A DNA stretch of 64,000 bases, taken from assembly GCA_030698385.1 (NCBI GenBank), contig JAUYLZ010000033.1, forward strand, positions 9,905 to 73,904. The letters run 5' to 3'. Source of the DNA: a bacterium. Its GTDB lineage: Bacteria; Patescibacteriota; Patescibacteriia; Patescibacteriales; XYC2-FULL-47-12. Under the pieces are notes generated by a model. The model had not been told where the DNA came from, ran no database searches, and was given only the letters and a program-made list of their open reading frames with translations. Positions 63,904 through 64,000 of this stretch are shown piece after piece; positions within the stretch are counted from its first letter, which is position 1; each line of letters starts with the position of its first letter. Made by a program: the position numbers and the translations under genes.

Positions 63904-64000
63904 GTAACTTATTAATCAAGTAATTAAACACATAGCTATCGCTATCTCACTTGTGTGCGCTATTGATATAAGACATTTTTGCTTTTCGCCTTTATAATAA

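Overview
This is an AT-rich, gene-dense bacterial window with compact operons on mostly one strand. The gene content (type IV pilin plus PilT, many small membrane proteins, expanded 'four helix bundle' and 'GxxExxY' families) suggests a Patescibacteria/CPR-like genome; this is an inference. Clear housekeeping genes are rplJ-rplL, tandem iPGM paralogs (gpmI x2), eno, pgk, lepA, frr, recJ, rnhA, dtd, msrB, murJ, rseP, uppP, mltG, ftsE/ftsX, pilT, holB, a UMP-kinase-like gene, and two tRNAs (Gly-CCC, Thr-CGU). The most unusual signal is a family of four small cassettes (one decayed). Each is bounded by terminal inverted repeats and encodes a ~130 aa 'four helix bundle' or 'GxxExxY' (PD-(D/E)XK-like) protein. 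Each sits precisely at a stop/start junction between host genes, in the host operon orientation, resembling rRNA intervening sequences or homing elements. A second candidate system at the 3' end of the window is a cell-surface glycoconjugate locus: WbaP-like sugar transferase, GlmU-like LbH protein, CMP-sugar synthetase, ArnT/PMT-like GT-C. It contains a translationally coupled DltA-like adenylase, DltC-like carrier protein and a FemAB/GNAT-like transferase (no DltB/DltD). Other oddities are listed below. A membrane fatty-acid desaturase lies next to a B12-binding radical SAM enzyme. ftsE and ftsX are split by two paralogous lipoprotein genes. A DD-carboxypeptidase is fused to an RlpA-like DPBB domain. 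A PrsA-like parvulin carries a ~290 aa basic cytoplasmic tail. A 70-bp direct repeat marks an iPGM 5' remnant. Several structured intergenic elements are present.
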